IMG/VR virus record: IMGVR_UViG_3300025735_000007
Location: 32,001-96,000 of that record
Length of the DNA: 64,000 nt
Direction: 5' to 3' (one strand)
Origin: a virus
Lineage: Duplodnaviria; Caudoviricetes
Shown here: piece by piece, positions 44,787-54,513 of the stretch
How positions within the stretch are numbered: position 1 is the first letter of the stretch
Layout of the letters: every line of letters starts with the position of its first letter
Position numbers and translations under genes: made by a program
Notes under the pieces: generated by a model
What the model was told of the DNA's origin: nothing
Seen by the model: the letters and a program-made list of their open reading frames with translations, nothing else
The model's database searches: none

Positions 44787-47700
44787 TTGAACATCAAGCA
44801 CCTCCTGTCCGCGCGCAGCGATTTCTCGCTCGGCGAGTCCACCTTGCAGGTGGGCAAGCTGATCGAGCGCGCGAAGGAACAGGGTTATGAAACCGTCGCA
44901 CTCGTGGACAACATGACCATTTCGAACATGGTCGCGTTCACCGACAAGGCGAAGAAAGCGGGCATCAAGCCGATCGTCGGTTGCACGATCCGGGTTGTCG
45001 ATGATCCGACATATCGCAAGCCGGCGAAGACGTCGGGCGAGGCCGAGAAACCGAATCCGCTGATCAACCTGAAGGTCTACGCGCAGACGGACAAGGGCAT
45101 CCGTTCGCTGATGAAGCTGCTCTCCAAGGGCAACTCGCCGGAATATTTCTACTATCACTCCCGTGTCGGCATCGAGGATGTCCTCGCGCTGGAGGACTGC
45201 GCGATCTCGACCGGCGACTTCTACGGCCTGTTCCACCACAAGCGCTACGACGAAATCTTCTGGCGCCTCGTTCAGGTGCACGGCACGCGGCTGTGGGTCG
45301 AGTTCGTGCCGGGCAACACGCCGCTGCACAAGACGCTGAACGCTCGCGCGCTGGAGGTCATGCACAAGTATGAAATGCCCCCGATCGGCACCTGGCCCGC
45401 GCTCTACGCGACCGAGGATCAGGCCGACTCGCTGGACGTGCTGCGCGCGATCCTGAACAACAACAAGATGACCGACCGCTGGCTGAACAAGCCCTACGTG
45501 CGCGACTTCTGCATCAAGGCGCCCGGCGACGTGGTGCGCGCGCTGGTCGGTCAGAGCCTGCCCGCGAAAGAGATCATTGCTGGAAATCAGGCGCTCGTTG
45601 ACTCCTGCACCTACGAGTTCAAGAAGCTCGAGCCGTGCCTGCCGAAGATGGCACCGGACGAATTCAAGGCGCTGTGCGCCGAGGTTGCCAAGGGCTGGCA
45701 GCTGCGCTTTTCGGCGCCGGTGCTCGGTCATCAACCGTTGCCCGAAGACCTGCCGCAATACAAGCAGCGTCTCGCCTACGAGCTCGAAACGCTGCGCAAC
45801 ATGGGCTTTTCTGGTTACTTCCTGCTGGTGCAGCACATCGTCCAGTGGTCGAAGAGCAACGGCATTATCGTCGGCCCGGGCCGCGGTTCGGTGGGCGGCT
45901 CGCTGGTCGCTTACCTGATGGGCATCACGGACGTCGACCCGATCCGCTTCAATCTGTTGTTCGAACGTTTCATCAACCCGGAGCGTCTGGACTTGCCCGA
46001 CGCCGACCTCGACTTCATGTCGAAGCGCCGCGCCGAGGTGATCGAATACATCGCCGAGAAGTTCGGGCGCGAGAACGTCGCCGGGGTGTCGAACTACAAC
46101 ACAATGGGCGCCGCGGGCGTCATGCGTGATACGAGTCGCGTCCACGAGCTCAACCCGTTCGATTATGCCTGCTCGAAGCAGATGGAAAAACAGCACGGGG
46201 TGTCGCTGTCGCTCGAGGAATCCGCCGCGATCGTGCCGGAGATCGACAAGTTCAAGGGCGCCTACCCGGAAATCTGGAAGCACATGATCAACCTCGAAGG
46301 CGCGACGCGCGGGCTCGGGCAGCACGCCGCGGGCGTGATCGTCGCCGGCGAGCCGATCGTCAACCGCGCGGTGGTCGAAACCCGCACCGGCGGCCCGGTA
46401 TGCAACTGGGACAAGCGCGTGGTCGAGGACTGGGGGCTGATCAAGATGGACATCTTGGGCCTGACGAACCTCGACGTGATGAAGCTCGCCTCAGACTACA
46501 TCGAGGAGCGGCACGGCAAGAAGATCGACTTCCTGCGGCTGCCACTTGACGATAAAAGGGTCATGGAGGCATTTGGGCGCGGGGACACAACGGGCGTGTT
46601 CCAGTTCGAGTCGCCTGGCATGCGGCGTCTGTTGCGTGAAATGGCGCTCGCGGGCTCGGTGACATTCGATGATCTGGTCGCCGTCGTTGCACTGTATCGC
46701 CCGGGTCCGCTGGATGCCGGTCTGTGCGACGACTACGTGGCGATCAAGCAGGGTGCGAAGATGGCCTACTACGAGCACCCGAACATGGCCCCGGCGCTGC
46801 GCGACACCTACGGCGTGATCGTGTATCAGGAGCAGGTCATGCAGATCGCGCGTGACCTTGCGGGCTTCACGTTTGCGGGCGCCGACCATCTGCGTAAAGC
46901 GATGGGTAAGAAGGACAAGGAGAAGATGGCCGAAATGCGCCAGAAGTGGGTCGACGGCTGCATGTCGCACTCTGGCATGACCGAAGGCTCTGCCAATGCG
47001 CTGTTCGACAAGATCGAGGTGTTCGCAGGCTATGCCTTCAACAAGTCGCACTCGGTCGAATACGCGGTGATTTCCTTCTGGACGATGTGGCTGAAGGTCA
47101 ACTATCCGGCCGAGTTCTTCGCGGCGTCGCTGACCGAGATCGACAAGGAAGAAAAGCGCGAGCCTCTCGTCATGGACGCGCGGCGCATGAACATGCAGGT
47201 GTTGCCACCTGACGTGAACCGCTCAAGCGCGCGGGTCGAGATCGTGGGCGAGGACAAGCTCTATGCCCCGTTCCAGGCGCTCAAGGGGCTCTCCACCAAC
47301 GCGGCAGGCTATATCGTCGATGCCCGCACGAAGTGGGGCAAGCCATTCGAGAACCGCACCGACCTGGATGCGGCGCTGAAGGCTGCCGGCTACACCGGCC
47401 GGCACATCAACCAGGCGGTCAAGGACAAGCTGGTGCTCATCGGCGCATTCGCCGAGTGCGAGGGCGACAAGTTCCCCGCCATGCACCCCGATCGGCTGAA
47501 GAATCGCATCGAGCTACTGCCAGGGTTCACGGTCGATACTGTGAAAGCAGACAGAACGCTAAACGCTGAAAGGCTTGCACTGCTTGAACTGGTGCGCATC
47601 GCAGAGGAAACGCGGGCGTGCGAGAAGTGCTCGCTGAAGGGCGGGTGTCATCCGATGCCGCGCATCGGCAAGACGCCGAAGTTCATGGTGGTGTCCGACA

Positions 47701-48131
47701 ACCCGAACTGGCAGGAGGAGAAGGCGGGCAAGCTGCTCGAAGGCGACAACGCGAAGCTCGTGATCAACGCGCTGAAGGAAGCAGGGCTCTCGGCTCACGA
47801 CGGCTATTTCACCACGCTGGTGAAGTCCGGGAAGCCGAAGGACCAGAAGACGCTCACCAACGAACAGATCAACGGATGCTCGGAGTTTCTCAAGCGCGAG
47901 CTGGAGATCCTCAAGCCGCCGGTCATCGTCACGCTGGGCAGCAACGCGGCGCGCTTCTTTGCGCCGGGAGTGAAGGGCGGCTCGATGGAGCTTGCGGGCA
48001 AGGTGATCTTCGATCCGAAGCTCGACGCCTCGATTGTCTTTGGCATCAACCCGGGACAGATTTTCCATGACCCGGGCAAGTATTCGATTTTGCAAACCGT
48101 GGCTACGAAAGTGGCCGACCTGATCACTTAA
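44787..48131 (+). CDS. dnaE: Family C DNA polymerase (DnaE) with C-terminal UDG-family-4-like domain
   Basis: GPGRGSVGGSL, LLFERF.NPER, PDADLDF, GVFQFES, YAFNKSH; C-terminal CEKC...LKPPVIVTLGSNA. Confidence 0.9.
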   Translation: MNIKHLLSARSDFSLGESTLQVGKLIERAKEQGYETVALVDNMTISNMVAFTDKAKKAGIKPIVGCTIRVVDDPTYRKPAKTSGEAEKPNPLINLKVYAQTDKGIRSLMKLLSKGNSPEYFYYHSRVGIEDVLALEDCAISTGDFYGLFHHKRYDEIFWRLVQVHGTRLWVEFVPGNTPLHKTLNARALEVMHKYEMPPIGTWPALYATEDQADSLDVLRAILNNNKMTDRWLNKPYVRDFCIKAPGDVVRALVGQSLPAKEIIAGNQALVDSCTYEFKKLEPCLPKMAPDEFKALCAEVAKGWQLRFSAPVLGHQPLPEDLPQYKQRLAYELETLRNMGFSGYFLLVQHIVQWSKSNGIIVGPGRGSVGGSLVAYLMGITDVDPIRFNLLFERFINPERLDLPDADLDFMSKRRAEVIEYIAEKFGRENVAGVSNYNTMGAAGVMRDTSRVHELNPFDYACSKQMEKQHGVSLSLEESAAIVPEIDKFKGAYPEIWKHMINLEGATRGLGQHAAGVIVAGEPIVNRAVVETRTGGPVCNWDKRVVEDWGLIKMDILGLTNLDVMKLASDYIEERHGKKIDFLRLPLDDKRVMEAFGRGDTTGVFQFESPGMRRLLREMALAGSVTFDDLVAVVALYRPGPLDAGLCDDYVAIKQGAKMAYYEHPNMAPALRDTYGVIVYQEQVMQIARDLAGFTFAGADHLRKAMGKKDKEKMAEMRQKWVDGCMSHSGMTEGSANALFDKIEVFAGYAFNKSHSVEYAVISFWTMWLKVNYPAEFFAASLTEIDKEEKREPLVMDARRMNMQVLPPDVNRSSARVEIVGEDKLYAPFQALKGLSTNAAGYIVDARTKWGKPFENRTDLDAALKAAGYTGRHINQAVKDKLVLIGAFAECEGDKFPAMHPDRLKNRIELLPGFTVDTVKADRTLNAERLALLELVRIAEETRACEKCSLKGGCHPMPRIGKTPKFMVVSDNPNWQEEKAGKLLEGDNAKLVINALKEAGLSAHDGYFTTLVKSGKPKDQKTLTNEQINGCSEFLKRELEILKPPVIVTLGSNAARFFAPGVKGGSMELAGKVIFDPKLDASIVFGINPGQIFHDPGKYSILQTVATKVADLIT

Positions 48132-48143
48132 AAAGGAACACTC

Positions 48144-48803
48144 ATGACCAACGAAGCACTGTCCGTAGCAGAAATGGCCGCACTGGTTGGCGACCTCGAA
48201 ACCCCGCCGACTGCCCCGATCGTCAATGCGACGATCGCCAGTGCACCGGCAGCCGCCGCGCCCGCACCGACGCCCAAGACCGCCGAGCCGACCGCATCGG
48301 GCCTGAAGGTCTTCGTGGACGTCGACCAGCTGAAGAAGGATCTGCAGGTGAATCCGAACGATCTGGACGACGCGGTGATCAGCCAGGCGCCGATGTTCGT
48401 GCACTACGCGCAGCAGGCCGCGCAGGCTCGCCGCCAGTGGGAAAAGAGCAAGCTCGCCGCCGAGGTCACGGAATCCCAACTCGACGCAGCATGGCGCAAG
48501 AAATTCCTCGAAGACGGCACCAAGGTGACCGAGAAGGTGGTGGAGAACGCCGTGAAGGCCGACCCGCGCTACATCAAGGCTCACACGCAGGTGATCGAGG
48601 CGCGCGCGCTGTATGACATCGCGAACGACGCGCGCGAAGCCTACATGCAGCGCAAGGACATGATCGTGCAGGTCTCAGTCGATCGCCGCCGCGAGCGTGA
48701 GGGCCAGCTACGCATCCAGGCTGCGCGCGAGGGCGAGATTGCCGCGCAGTCGGGTCGCGACGCGGCGCTCGCCGCTGAAGCTGCGCGTCGCCAAGCAGCC
48801 TGA
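48144..48803 (+). CDS. UvsY-like recombination mediator
   Basis: QLKKDL, VKADPRY and AYMQR pattern resembles T4 UvsY; next to a gp32-like gene. Confidence 0.5.
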   Translation: MTNEALSVAEMAALVGDLETPPTAPIVNATIASAPAAAAPAPTPKTAEPTASGLKVFVDVDQLKKDLQVNPNDLDDAVISQAPMFVHYAQQAAQARRQWEKSKLAAEVTESQLDAAWRKKFLEDGTKVTEKVVENAVKADPRYIKAHTQVIEARALYDIANDAREAYMQRKDMIVQVSVDRRREREGQLRIQAAREGEIAAQSGRDAALAAEAARRQAA

Positions 48804-48831
48804 CAGGATCTTTTCGATTCGGTCGGTTGAA

Positions 48832-48852
48832 TAAGTCACCGCTTACTATACT
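48832..48852 (+). promoter_or_regulatory. Operator overlapping -10 upstream of the gp32-like gene
   Basis: TAAGTCA CCGC TTACTAT-ACT. Confidence 0.7.
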
Positions 48853-48948
48853 TAAATATGACGTGAGAGACGGTAAGCATTATTGAACTGCCTCTCGCTC
48901 AAAACCTTTGACTTATCTCCAGAAAACTCTGAACAAGGAACTACAAAC

Positions 48949-49986
48949 ATGTCGACTCAATCGCTGATGGAACTGCTGCAAAAGCGCAAGGCTGCAACGG
49001 GTGGTCAGAAGACCATCAAGCCGAAGGCCGGTCGCAACCGCTACCGCATTCTGCCGGGCTGGCGCACCAACGGTGATCCGACGTTCTTCCACGACTTCGG
49101 TCAGCACTTCATCAAGGACGCAGCTGGTCAGGTGAAGGCGGTCTACATTTGCGCGGACAAGACGTTCGGTCGTCCGTGCGAGGTGTGCGATGCGGTGGCG
49201 CAGGGTATCCAGATGTCCACCGACGACACGATGAAAAAGCGCATCGAGGACGCGAAGTCGAGCGGCCGTGTGTTGCTCAACGTGCTCGAGCTCGACGGCC
49301 CGCAGCCGACGGTGCCGCAGATTCTCGAAGTCGCGCCGACCGTGTTCAACGGCAAGAAGGGTGTGGGCGGGATCATCAGCCTGTTCGATGAATGGCCGAA
49401 CATGCTCGATCCGAACACGGGTAACGACATCATCGTCGAAAAGTCGGGCACGGGCCTCGACACCGCCTACAGCGTGCAGATCGCAGGTGCCTCGAAGCCG
49501 GTTCCGCCCGAAGCGCTCGCAAAGCTGTGCGACCTCGACGCGTATGTAATGCAGGAAAACGAGCAGGCGCAGCAACGCGCGCTGGCATCGGTTCGCTCGG
49601 TCGCGGGTCTGCCCAACCCGACAACGACGCCCGCGCTTGGCTACGCACCGGCTGGCACCGTCGCGCCGAGCGTCTACACCGCGCAGCCCGCGCCGCAACC
49701 GTGGGAGGTGGATGAGACGCTCGACATCGGCACGCTGGCTAACCCGGCCGCAGCCGCTGCGGTGGCCGTGACGGCGGCTGTCCCGGCAGTGGCAGTTGCA
49801 GTCGCCCAGCCGGCCGTCGCGGTAGCGCCCGCAGCGCCCGCAGCACCGGCGGTGGCCGCGGTAGCGCCCGCCGTTGCAGCAGCCCCGGCTGCCGCAGTGG
49901 CCCAGCCGGCAGTAGCGGTTGCGCCGGCAGCCGCCGCAGCTGGCACGGGTGACCCGGAGCTCGACGCTCTGCTCGCCGGCCTGTAA
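48949..49986 (+). CDS. T4 gp32-like ssDNA-binding protein
   Basis: RYRILP, H...C..TFGRPCEVC, GND; Ala-rich linker and acidic DPELDALLAGL tail. Confidence 0.7.
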   Translation: MSTQSLMELLQKRKAATGGQKTIKPKAGRNRYRILPGWRTNGDPTFFHDFGQHFIKDAAGQVKAVYICADKTFGRPCEVCDAVAQGIQMSTDDTMKKRIEDAKSSGRVLLNVLELDGPQPTVPQILEVAPTVFNGKKGVGGIISLFDEWPNMLDPNTGNDIIVEKSGTGLDTAYSVQIAGASKPVPPEALAKLCDLDAYVMQENEQAQQRALASVRSVAGLPNPTTTPALGYAPAGTVAPSVYTAQPAPQPWEVDETLDIGTLANPAAAAAVAVTAAVPAVAVAVAQPAVAVAPAAPAAPAVAAVAPAVAAAPAAAVAQPAVAVAPAAAAAGTGDPELDALLAGL

Positions 49987-50057
49987 TCGAAGCCTGATGT
50001 AACGACAGAAGCGGCGGGGCTTACACCCTGCCGCTTCCTCATTCAAGGGGTTCGATA

Positions 50058-50993
50058 GTGGCAAAGACAATCCTCATCGACGCGAACTCAGTCGGGCGCG
50101 CGTCGCACGCGGCGACGAAGCTGACCGTGGGTGCATTCCAGACGCAAGCCATCTTCGGCTTTCTGCGCACGGTGGGCGCGCTCTGTCGCGATTACCCGGG
50201 CTGGCAATTGCTCGTCCTGTGGGACGGCCGCGCAGACCATCGCTACGCGATCTATCCGCAATACAAGGAAAAGCGCAAGTCGGCGCTGGTCGATCCGGTG
50301 AAAGCCGCTGACCGTGCCGCCTACGAGGCACAGGTGCCCTTCATCAAAAAGGCGCTCGACATGCTGGGCGTGCCGCAGATGACGAACGCTGCGCTCGAGG
50401 CTGACGACCTCGCGGGCTACTTCGTGCCGCGTCTGTCTGCGAAGGACGATATGCTCCTCGTGACGGGCGACTCTGACTGGTGGCAGCTTATCAACGAGCG
50501 CTGCCGCTGGTTTGATCCGCGCAAGGCGGGCCTGCACGTCTGCCTCGACGACTTCTTCCAGAAGACTGGCTACTTCAGCCCGCGCGAATACATCGAAGGT
50601 AAGGCGCTGATCGGTGACTCGACCGACGACATTCCGCCGGCGGGCGGCATCGGGCCGAAGGGGGCGCCAGAGTTCATGGCGCAGTTCCGCTCGATGGAGA
50701 AGTTCCGGGCGATGTGCGACTCGGACGAGTTTGTGCCGAAGCTGAAAAAGCACATCGAGCTGTGGAAGGGCGAGTCGCGCCGCAACTGGGAGCGGAACAT
50801 GAAGCTGATGAACCTGCTCGACCAGCCGCACCCGGACCCGTCCAAGACCGTCATCACACACGGCACTCTGAACGAGGACACCTTTCGCGCGCTGTGTGAG
50901 CGCCTCGCTTTTCGGTCGATGCTGCGCGAGTGGGATCACTTTCTGATCCCGTTTCGCCAGCGCTGGGAGGCGCGGCTGAAGAAGGCCGCTTAG
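50058..50993 (+). CDS. 5'-3' exonuclease / T4 RNase H-like flap nuclease
   Basis: LIDANS, WDG, YK, EADDL, TGDSD, GDSTDDIP, GIGPKGA. Confidence 0.9.
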   Translation: MAKTILIDANSVGRASHAATKLTVGAFQTQAIFGFLRTVGALCRDYPGWQLLVLWDGRADHRYAIYPQYKEKRKSALVDPVKAADRAAYEAQVPFIKKALDMLGVPQMTNAALEADDLAGYFVPRLSAKDDMLLVTGDSDWWQLINERCRWFDPRKAGLHVCLDDFFQKTGYFSPREYIEGKALIGDSTDDIPPAGGIGPKGAPEFMAQFRSMEKFRAMCDSDEFVPKLKKHIELWKGESRRNWERNMKLMNLLDQPHPDPSKTVITHGTLNEDTFRALCERLAFRSMLREWDHFLIPFRQRWEARLKKAA

Positions 50994-51003
50994 GGAGAAC
51001 CGC

Positions 51004-51264
51004 ATGGACATTGTGATTGAAAAGAACGTGCCGCCGCCTGTAACCGGGCACGGCACATGGGGCAGCGTGCTGTCCCGCATGGAGGTCGGTGACTCGTTCG
51101 TGACCGACGACACTCCCGCCGCACGCGGTGCACTGCGCACCGCGGCAACGCGCGTGAAGATCAGCCTGTCGATCCGCAAGGAGCTGGATCAGCAGGGCAA
51201 CCCCGTAGAAGGTCGTATGCGCGTATGGCGCGCGGCCGACAAACAGAAGGAGCAACAAGAATGA
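51004..51264 (+). CDS. Small phage hypothetical protein
   Basis: IEKNVPPP...MEVGDSF...RVWR pattern; GGAG RBS. Confidence 0.6.
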   Translation: MDIVIEKNVPPPVTGHGTWGSVLSRMEVGDSFVTDDTPAARGALRTAATRVKISLSIRKELDQQGNPVEGRMRVWRAADKQKEQQE

Positions 51265-52316
51265 GCGTAGCAGACGATCTGGCGAAAGCCATCATGGGTG
51301 CTGTGGGCGGCAGCGACGAGGAGCTCGAGGTTCCCGGATACATCGACACCGGCTACGAGCCGCTGAACGATATTCTGTCGGGCGATCCGAAGAACGGCGG
51401 CATCGCGATGGGGCGCATCTTCGAAATCTTCGGCCCGTCGAGCTCCGGTAAGACGTGGCTCGCCACGCAGATCATGAAGCAGGCGCAGGTAATGGGCGGC
51501 GTCTCGCTGTTCATGGACCACGAGCTGACCTTCCAGCAGCCGTTTGCCGAGCGCAGCGGGCTCAAGACGGAGTTCCCGTGGTTCATCTACAAGCGCCCCG
51601 ATACGTGGGAAGCCTCGAATACGATGGCCCTGCAGGCCGCTGACGCGATTCGCAAGAGCAAGAAGCTCGATCCACTCGCGCCGATCGTGGTCGTATTCGA
51701 TTCGGTCGCCGCGATGATTCCGCAGTCGGTGTTCGAAAAGGGCATCACGGACTACAACATGAACGACACGACCGCGCTCGCGCGTGTGTCCTCGACCACG
51801 TTGAAGTCAATCAATCAGCAGTCGGCGAAGATGAACGTGACGATCATCTACCTGAACCAGATCCGCACGAAGCCGGGTGTGGTCTACGGTGACCCGACAA
51901 CGACCCCGGGCGGCTCGGCGTTCGAGTTCTACGCCACCGCTCGTCTCGCGCTCGGCAAGAAGTTCATCAAGTCCAAGGTCAACGGCAAGGATGAAATCGT
52001 TGGGCAGTTGATGGGGATCGAGACGAAGAAGAACAAGCTGGCACGTCCGCGCCAGGAAGTTGATCTTCGGCTGCAATTCCTCGACGACGGCATGACGACC
52101 GTGAACCTCACGCTCTCGCTGCTCGACCACGCGGTCGCCGTCGGTAAGCTGAAGAAGCTCTCCACGGGCCGCATCGAGTGGGTCAACGGTTCCAGCTATC
52201 CGCCGGGGCAGCTCGCCGACATGATCGACAAGGGCGGCCTGAAGCCGGTGCTGCTCAACGTCATCTATCCGAATCACTACCCAGCCGTCGCGGCGCCCGC
52301 AGCCGCCGCAGCCTAA
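51261..52316 (+). CDS. recA: RecA/UvsX recombinase
   Basis: GRIFEIFGPSSSGKT, DSVAA, NQIR, TPGG.A.EFYA, KNK. Confidence 0.92.
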   Translation: MSVADDLAKAIMGAVGGSDEELEVPGYIDTGYEPLNDILSGDPKNGGIAMGRIFEIFGPSSSGKTWLATQIMKQAQVMGGVSLFMDHELTFQQPFAERSGLKTEFPWFIYKRPDTWEASNTMALQAADAIRKSKKLDPLAPIVVVFDSVAAMIPQSVFEKGITDYNMNDTTALARVSSTTLKSINQQSAKMNVTIIYLNQIRTKPGVVYGDPTTTPGGSAFEFYATARLALGKKFIKSKVNGKDEIVGQLMGIETKKNKLARPRQEVDLRLQFLDDGMTTVNLTLSLLDHAVAVGKLKKLSTGRIEWVNGSSYPPGQLADMIDKGGLKPVLLNVIYPNHYPAVAAPAAAAA

Positions 52317-52364
52317 GCATTGCGCCTCCCTATACTCGGTAGCAGATAACCGGTAAGGGGAGGG

Positions 52365-52727
52365 GTGATGGAACAACATGTGATCGAATTTGCGCCGCCG
52401 GCCGAAGGGCTCGACGGCGTTTCTGTTTTCAACACCTTCCGCCTCGGTCGCGTGTGGCACGACCGGCTCAAGACGGGCGACGAGGTGTTCCTCATGTGGT
52501 CGAAGAAGATGCATGTCTTCGGGCGCGCGGTGGTCGGCGACGTGCACAAGGGCAAGCTCAGGGAGCTCGCCGAAGCGCATGCGCAGTTCAACCATAACCA
52601 GCGCGCGAACGCAGACACGGCGGGCGCCGCCGAGCGTCTGATCGCGAACATGATGAAGCGCTATGGGCCGCACATCTGTCATGAAAATAAGCTCACGACC
52701 TGCATTTACCTGAAGAGGTTCGAATGA
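52365..52727 (+). CDS. ASCH/PUA-like hypothetical protein
   Basis: TFR....GDEV.L....FG.A.V..V pattern. Confidence 0.4.
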   Translation: MMEQHVIEFAPPAEGLDGVSVFNTFRLGRVWHDRLKTGDEVFLMWSKKMHVFGRAVVGDVHKGKLRELAEAHAQFNHNQRANADTAGAAERLIANMMKRYGPHICHENKLTTCIYLKRFE

Positions 52728-52909
52728 CAACGCCATTTTCCACGGTCGCTGCTGAGGCGCCCTATGCGCGCATCACGCGTCAGACCATTTTGGGCATCCT
52801 CGAAGAGGAGATCGGCAGCGACGTGCCGCTCAAAGTCAAAGCGAGCGCCGCGCGCGAGATCATGAAGGTGATCGAGGAGCGCTACGCGGAGAAACCGCGA
52901 AATGGCTGA
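52724..52909 (+). CDS. Small hypothetical protein
   Basis: Coupled overlaps on both sides. Confidence 0.5.
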   Translation: MTTPFSTVAAEAPYARITRQTILGILEEEIGSDVPLKVKASAAREIMKVIEERYAEKPRNG

Positions 52910-53345
52910 GCTCAAGGTCAAGGACTGGAAGCCCTCGCCCTGTGGCAAATACCAGGCCGCCAAGGTGAAGAAGGGCTACAACCTCTACGGCGAGATCCGC
53001 AAATACCCGAACGGCATGACGATCTACTGGGCGTTCAGGAAGCCCGACGAGGTGTTCGTGGAGCTCGACGCATGGGCCGTCGACACGGAGACGATCTCCG
53101 TCATGAAGAGCCGCCGCGTCACGCACATCGGCATCCTCGTGTCCAACGGCGACACCTACCTCACGCGCATCGAGACGATGACCGACAAAGACAAGGGCGC
53201 CGTCGTCCTGAACTACAGCGCGCATCGCGGCGCACGCGGCAAGCTCGGCGCGCGTCAATGGTATCTGCCGCGCTCGCAGTTCGTGCAGCAACTCGCCCCG
53301 CCGGAGACGACCATCGAGCTGATGAAGATCCGGGGACGAAGATAA
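52902..53345 (+). CDS. Hypothetical protein
   Basis: Strong coding bias, GGAG RBS. Confidence 0.6.
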   Translation: MAELKVKDWKPSPCGKYQAAKVKKGYNLYGEIRKYPNGMTIYWAFRKPDEVFVELDAWAVDTETISVMKSRRVTHIGILVSNGDTYLTRIETMTDKDKGAVVLNYSAHRGARGKLGARQWYLPRSQFVQQLAPPETTIELMKIRGRR

Positions 53346-53398
53346 GTAAGCCATAACGTATCAATCAAACTATGTCATTCTTAATCAGGGAACGACCA

Positions 53399-53806
53399 AT
53401 GATTCTAACCAGCGCACTTCTCTGCCTGACGTTGAACATCTACCACGAAGCCCGCAGCGAGCCGATCCTGGGCCAATACGCCGTCGCAGCGGTGACCATG
53501 AACCGTGCGGGCGACGACCCGAAAAAGGTCTGCGACGTGGTAATGCAACCACGCCAATTCAGCTGGACGACCACCAAGCTCTTGCGCGACCGCGCCGGGT
53601 GGCGTCTGAAAGCGGCCGGCGTGCCAAAAGACGACTTCGCCTGGATGATCGCGAGCAAGATCGCCGAGAACACCCTGTCAGGCCACAAGATCGACCTCAC
53701 GCACGGCGCGACCTACTACCACGCCACTTGCGTGCACCCCGGCTGGCGCGAGAAGTTCGTTCACGCGCTGACGATCGGTGATCACATTTTCTATCGCGTT
53801 ACATAA
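53399..53806 (+). CDS. Cell wall hydrolase (SleB/Hydrolase_2)
   Basis: CL.LNIYHEARSE....AVA.V.MNR, QFSW, GATYYH, IGDHIFY. Confidence 0.9.
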   Translation: MILTSALLCLTLNIYHEARSEPILGQYAVAAVTMNRAGDDPKKVCDVVMQPRQFSWTTTKLLRDRAGWRLKAAGVPKDDFAWMIASKIAENTLSGHKIDLTHGATYYHATCVHPGWREKFVHALTIGDHIFYRVT

Positions 53807-53824
53807 GTCACCGATTACTATAAT
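53804..53824 (+). promoter_or_regulatory. Operator overlapping -10
   Basis: TAAGTCA CCGA TTACTAT-AAT. Confidence 0.7.
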
Positions 53825-53874
53825 TTACTGTGTAACGCAGACGTTACCCTTTCAACCACTCAGGAGTCACCTGC

Positions 53875-54417
53875 ATGAAATTCTCGACGTTCCTCTCCAA
53901 AGCCCTGTTTCACGCATTCGTGTGGGCCGAACTGCTATACGGCCTGCTTGCGCCCGCGCAGGGCCACGAGAACCTGGCCGTCTTCATCATCGGCATGTTC
54001 TCGGCGATTGGCTTCGTCGGAATGCTGCTCGACGGCGGGCTGAAGTCGATCGATGTGCCGGGCTCGTTCATCGGCCGCGCTTTGTTCCAGCTGTTCCAGT
54101 TCTCAAGCATGCTGCTGATCATCCTGGTCGTCGAGCACGGACACTTCGCCGCCGCTACCGCGCTGACGCTCACGACATTCCTGAAGGCCACCGCGTATCG
54201 CACGGTGCGCAATGCCGAGCGCGACATCAAACGCATGCTGAAGGAATTCGCCAATGCAAAGGCGCAGCCGCAACCGGCAGCCGATGCCCCGTTCGAAGAC
54301 CCGGCGCTTCAGACGAAAAGCACCACGCTCGAATTGAAGGCCCGCCCGGCTGCCGTGCGTGACCCCGCCTTCGACCATCCCTTCAGCGCAAATACCGCTG
54401 CCGCGACAAGCGCATAA
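53875..54417 (+). CDS. Membrane protein
   Basis: AGGAG RBS; three to four hydrophobic segments. Confidence 0.6.
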   Translation: MKFSTFLSKALFHAFVWAELLYGLLAPAQGHENLAVFIIGMFSAIGFVGMLLDGGLKSIDVPGSFIGRALFQLFQFSSMLLIILVVEHGHFAAATALTLTTFLKATAYRTVRNAERDIKRMLKEFANAKAQPQPAADAPFEDPALQTKSTTLELKARPAAVRDPAFDHPFSANTAAATSA

Positions 54418-54513
54418 GTCTCATCAGTCGTAGAAACAGGGGCCGCGTGCCCCTGTTCGCTGTCCAGAACATTGTAGTGAGAATGCCCACATGGGCTATC
54501 AGACGGGGGAATC

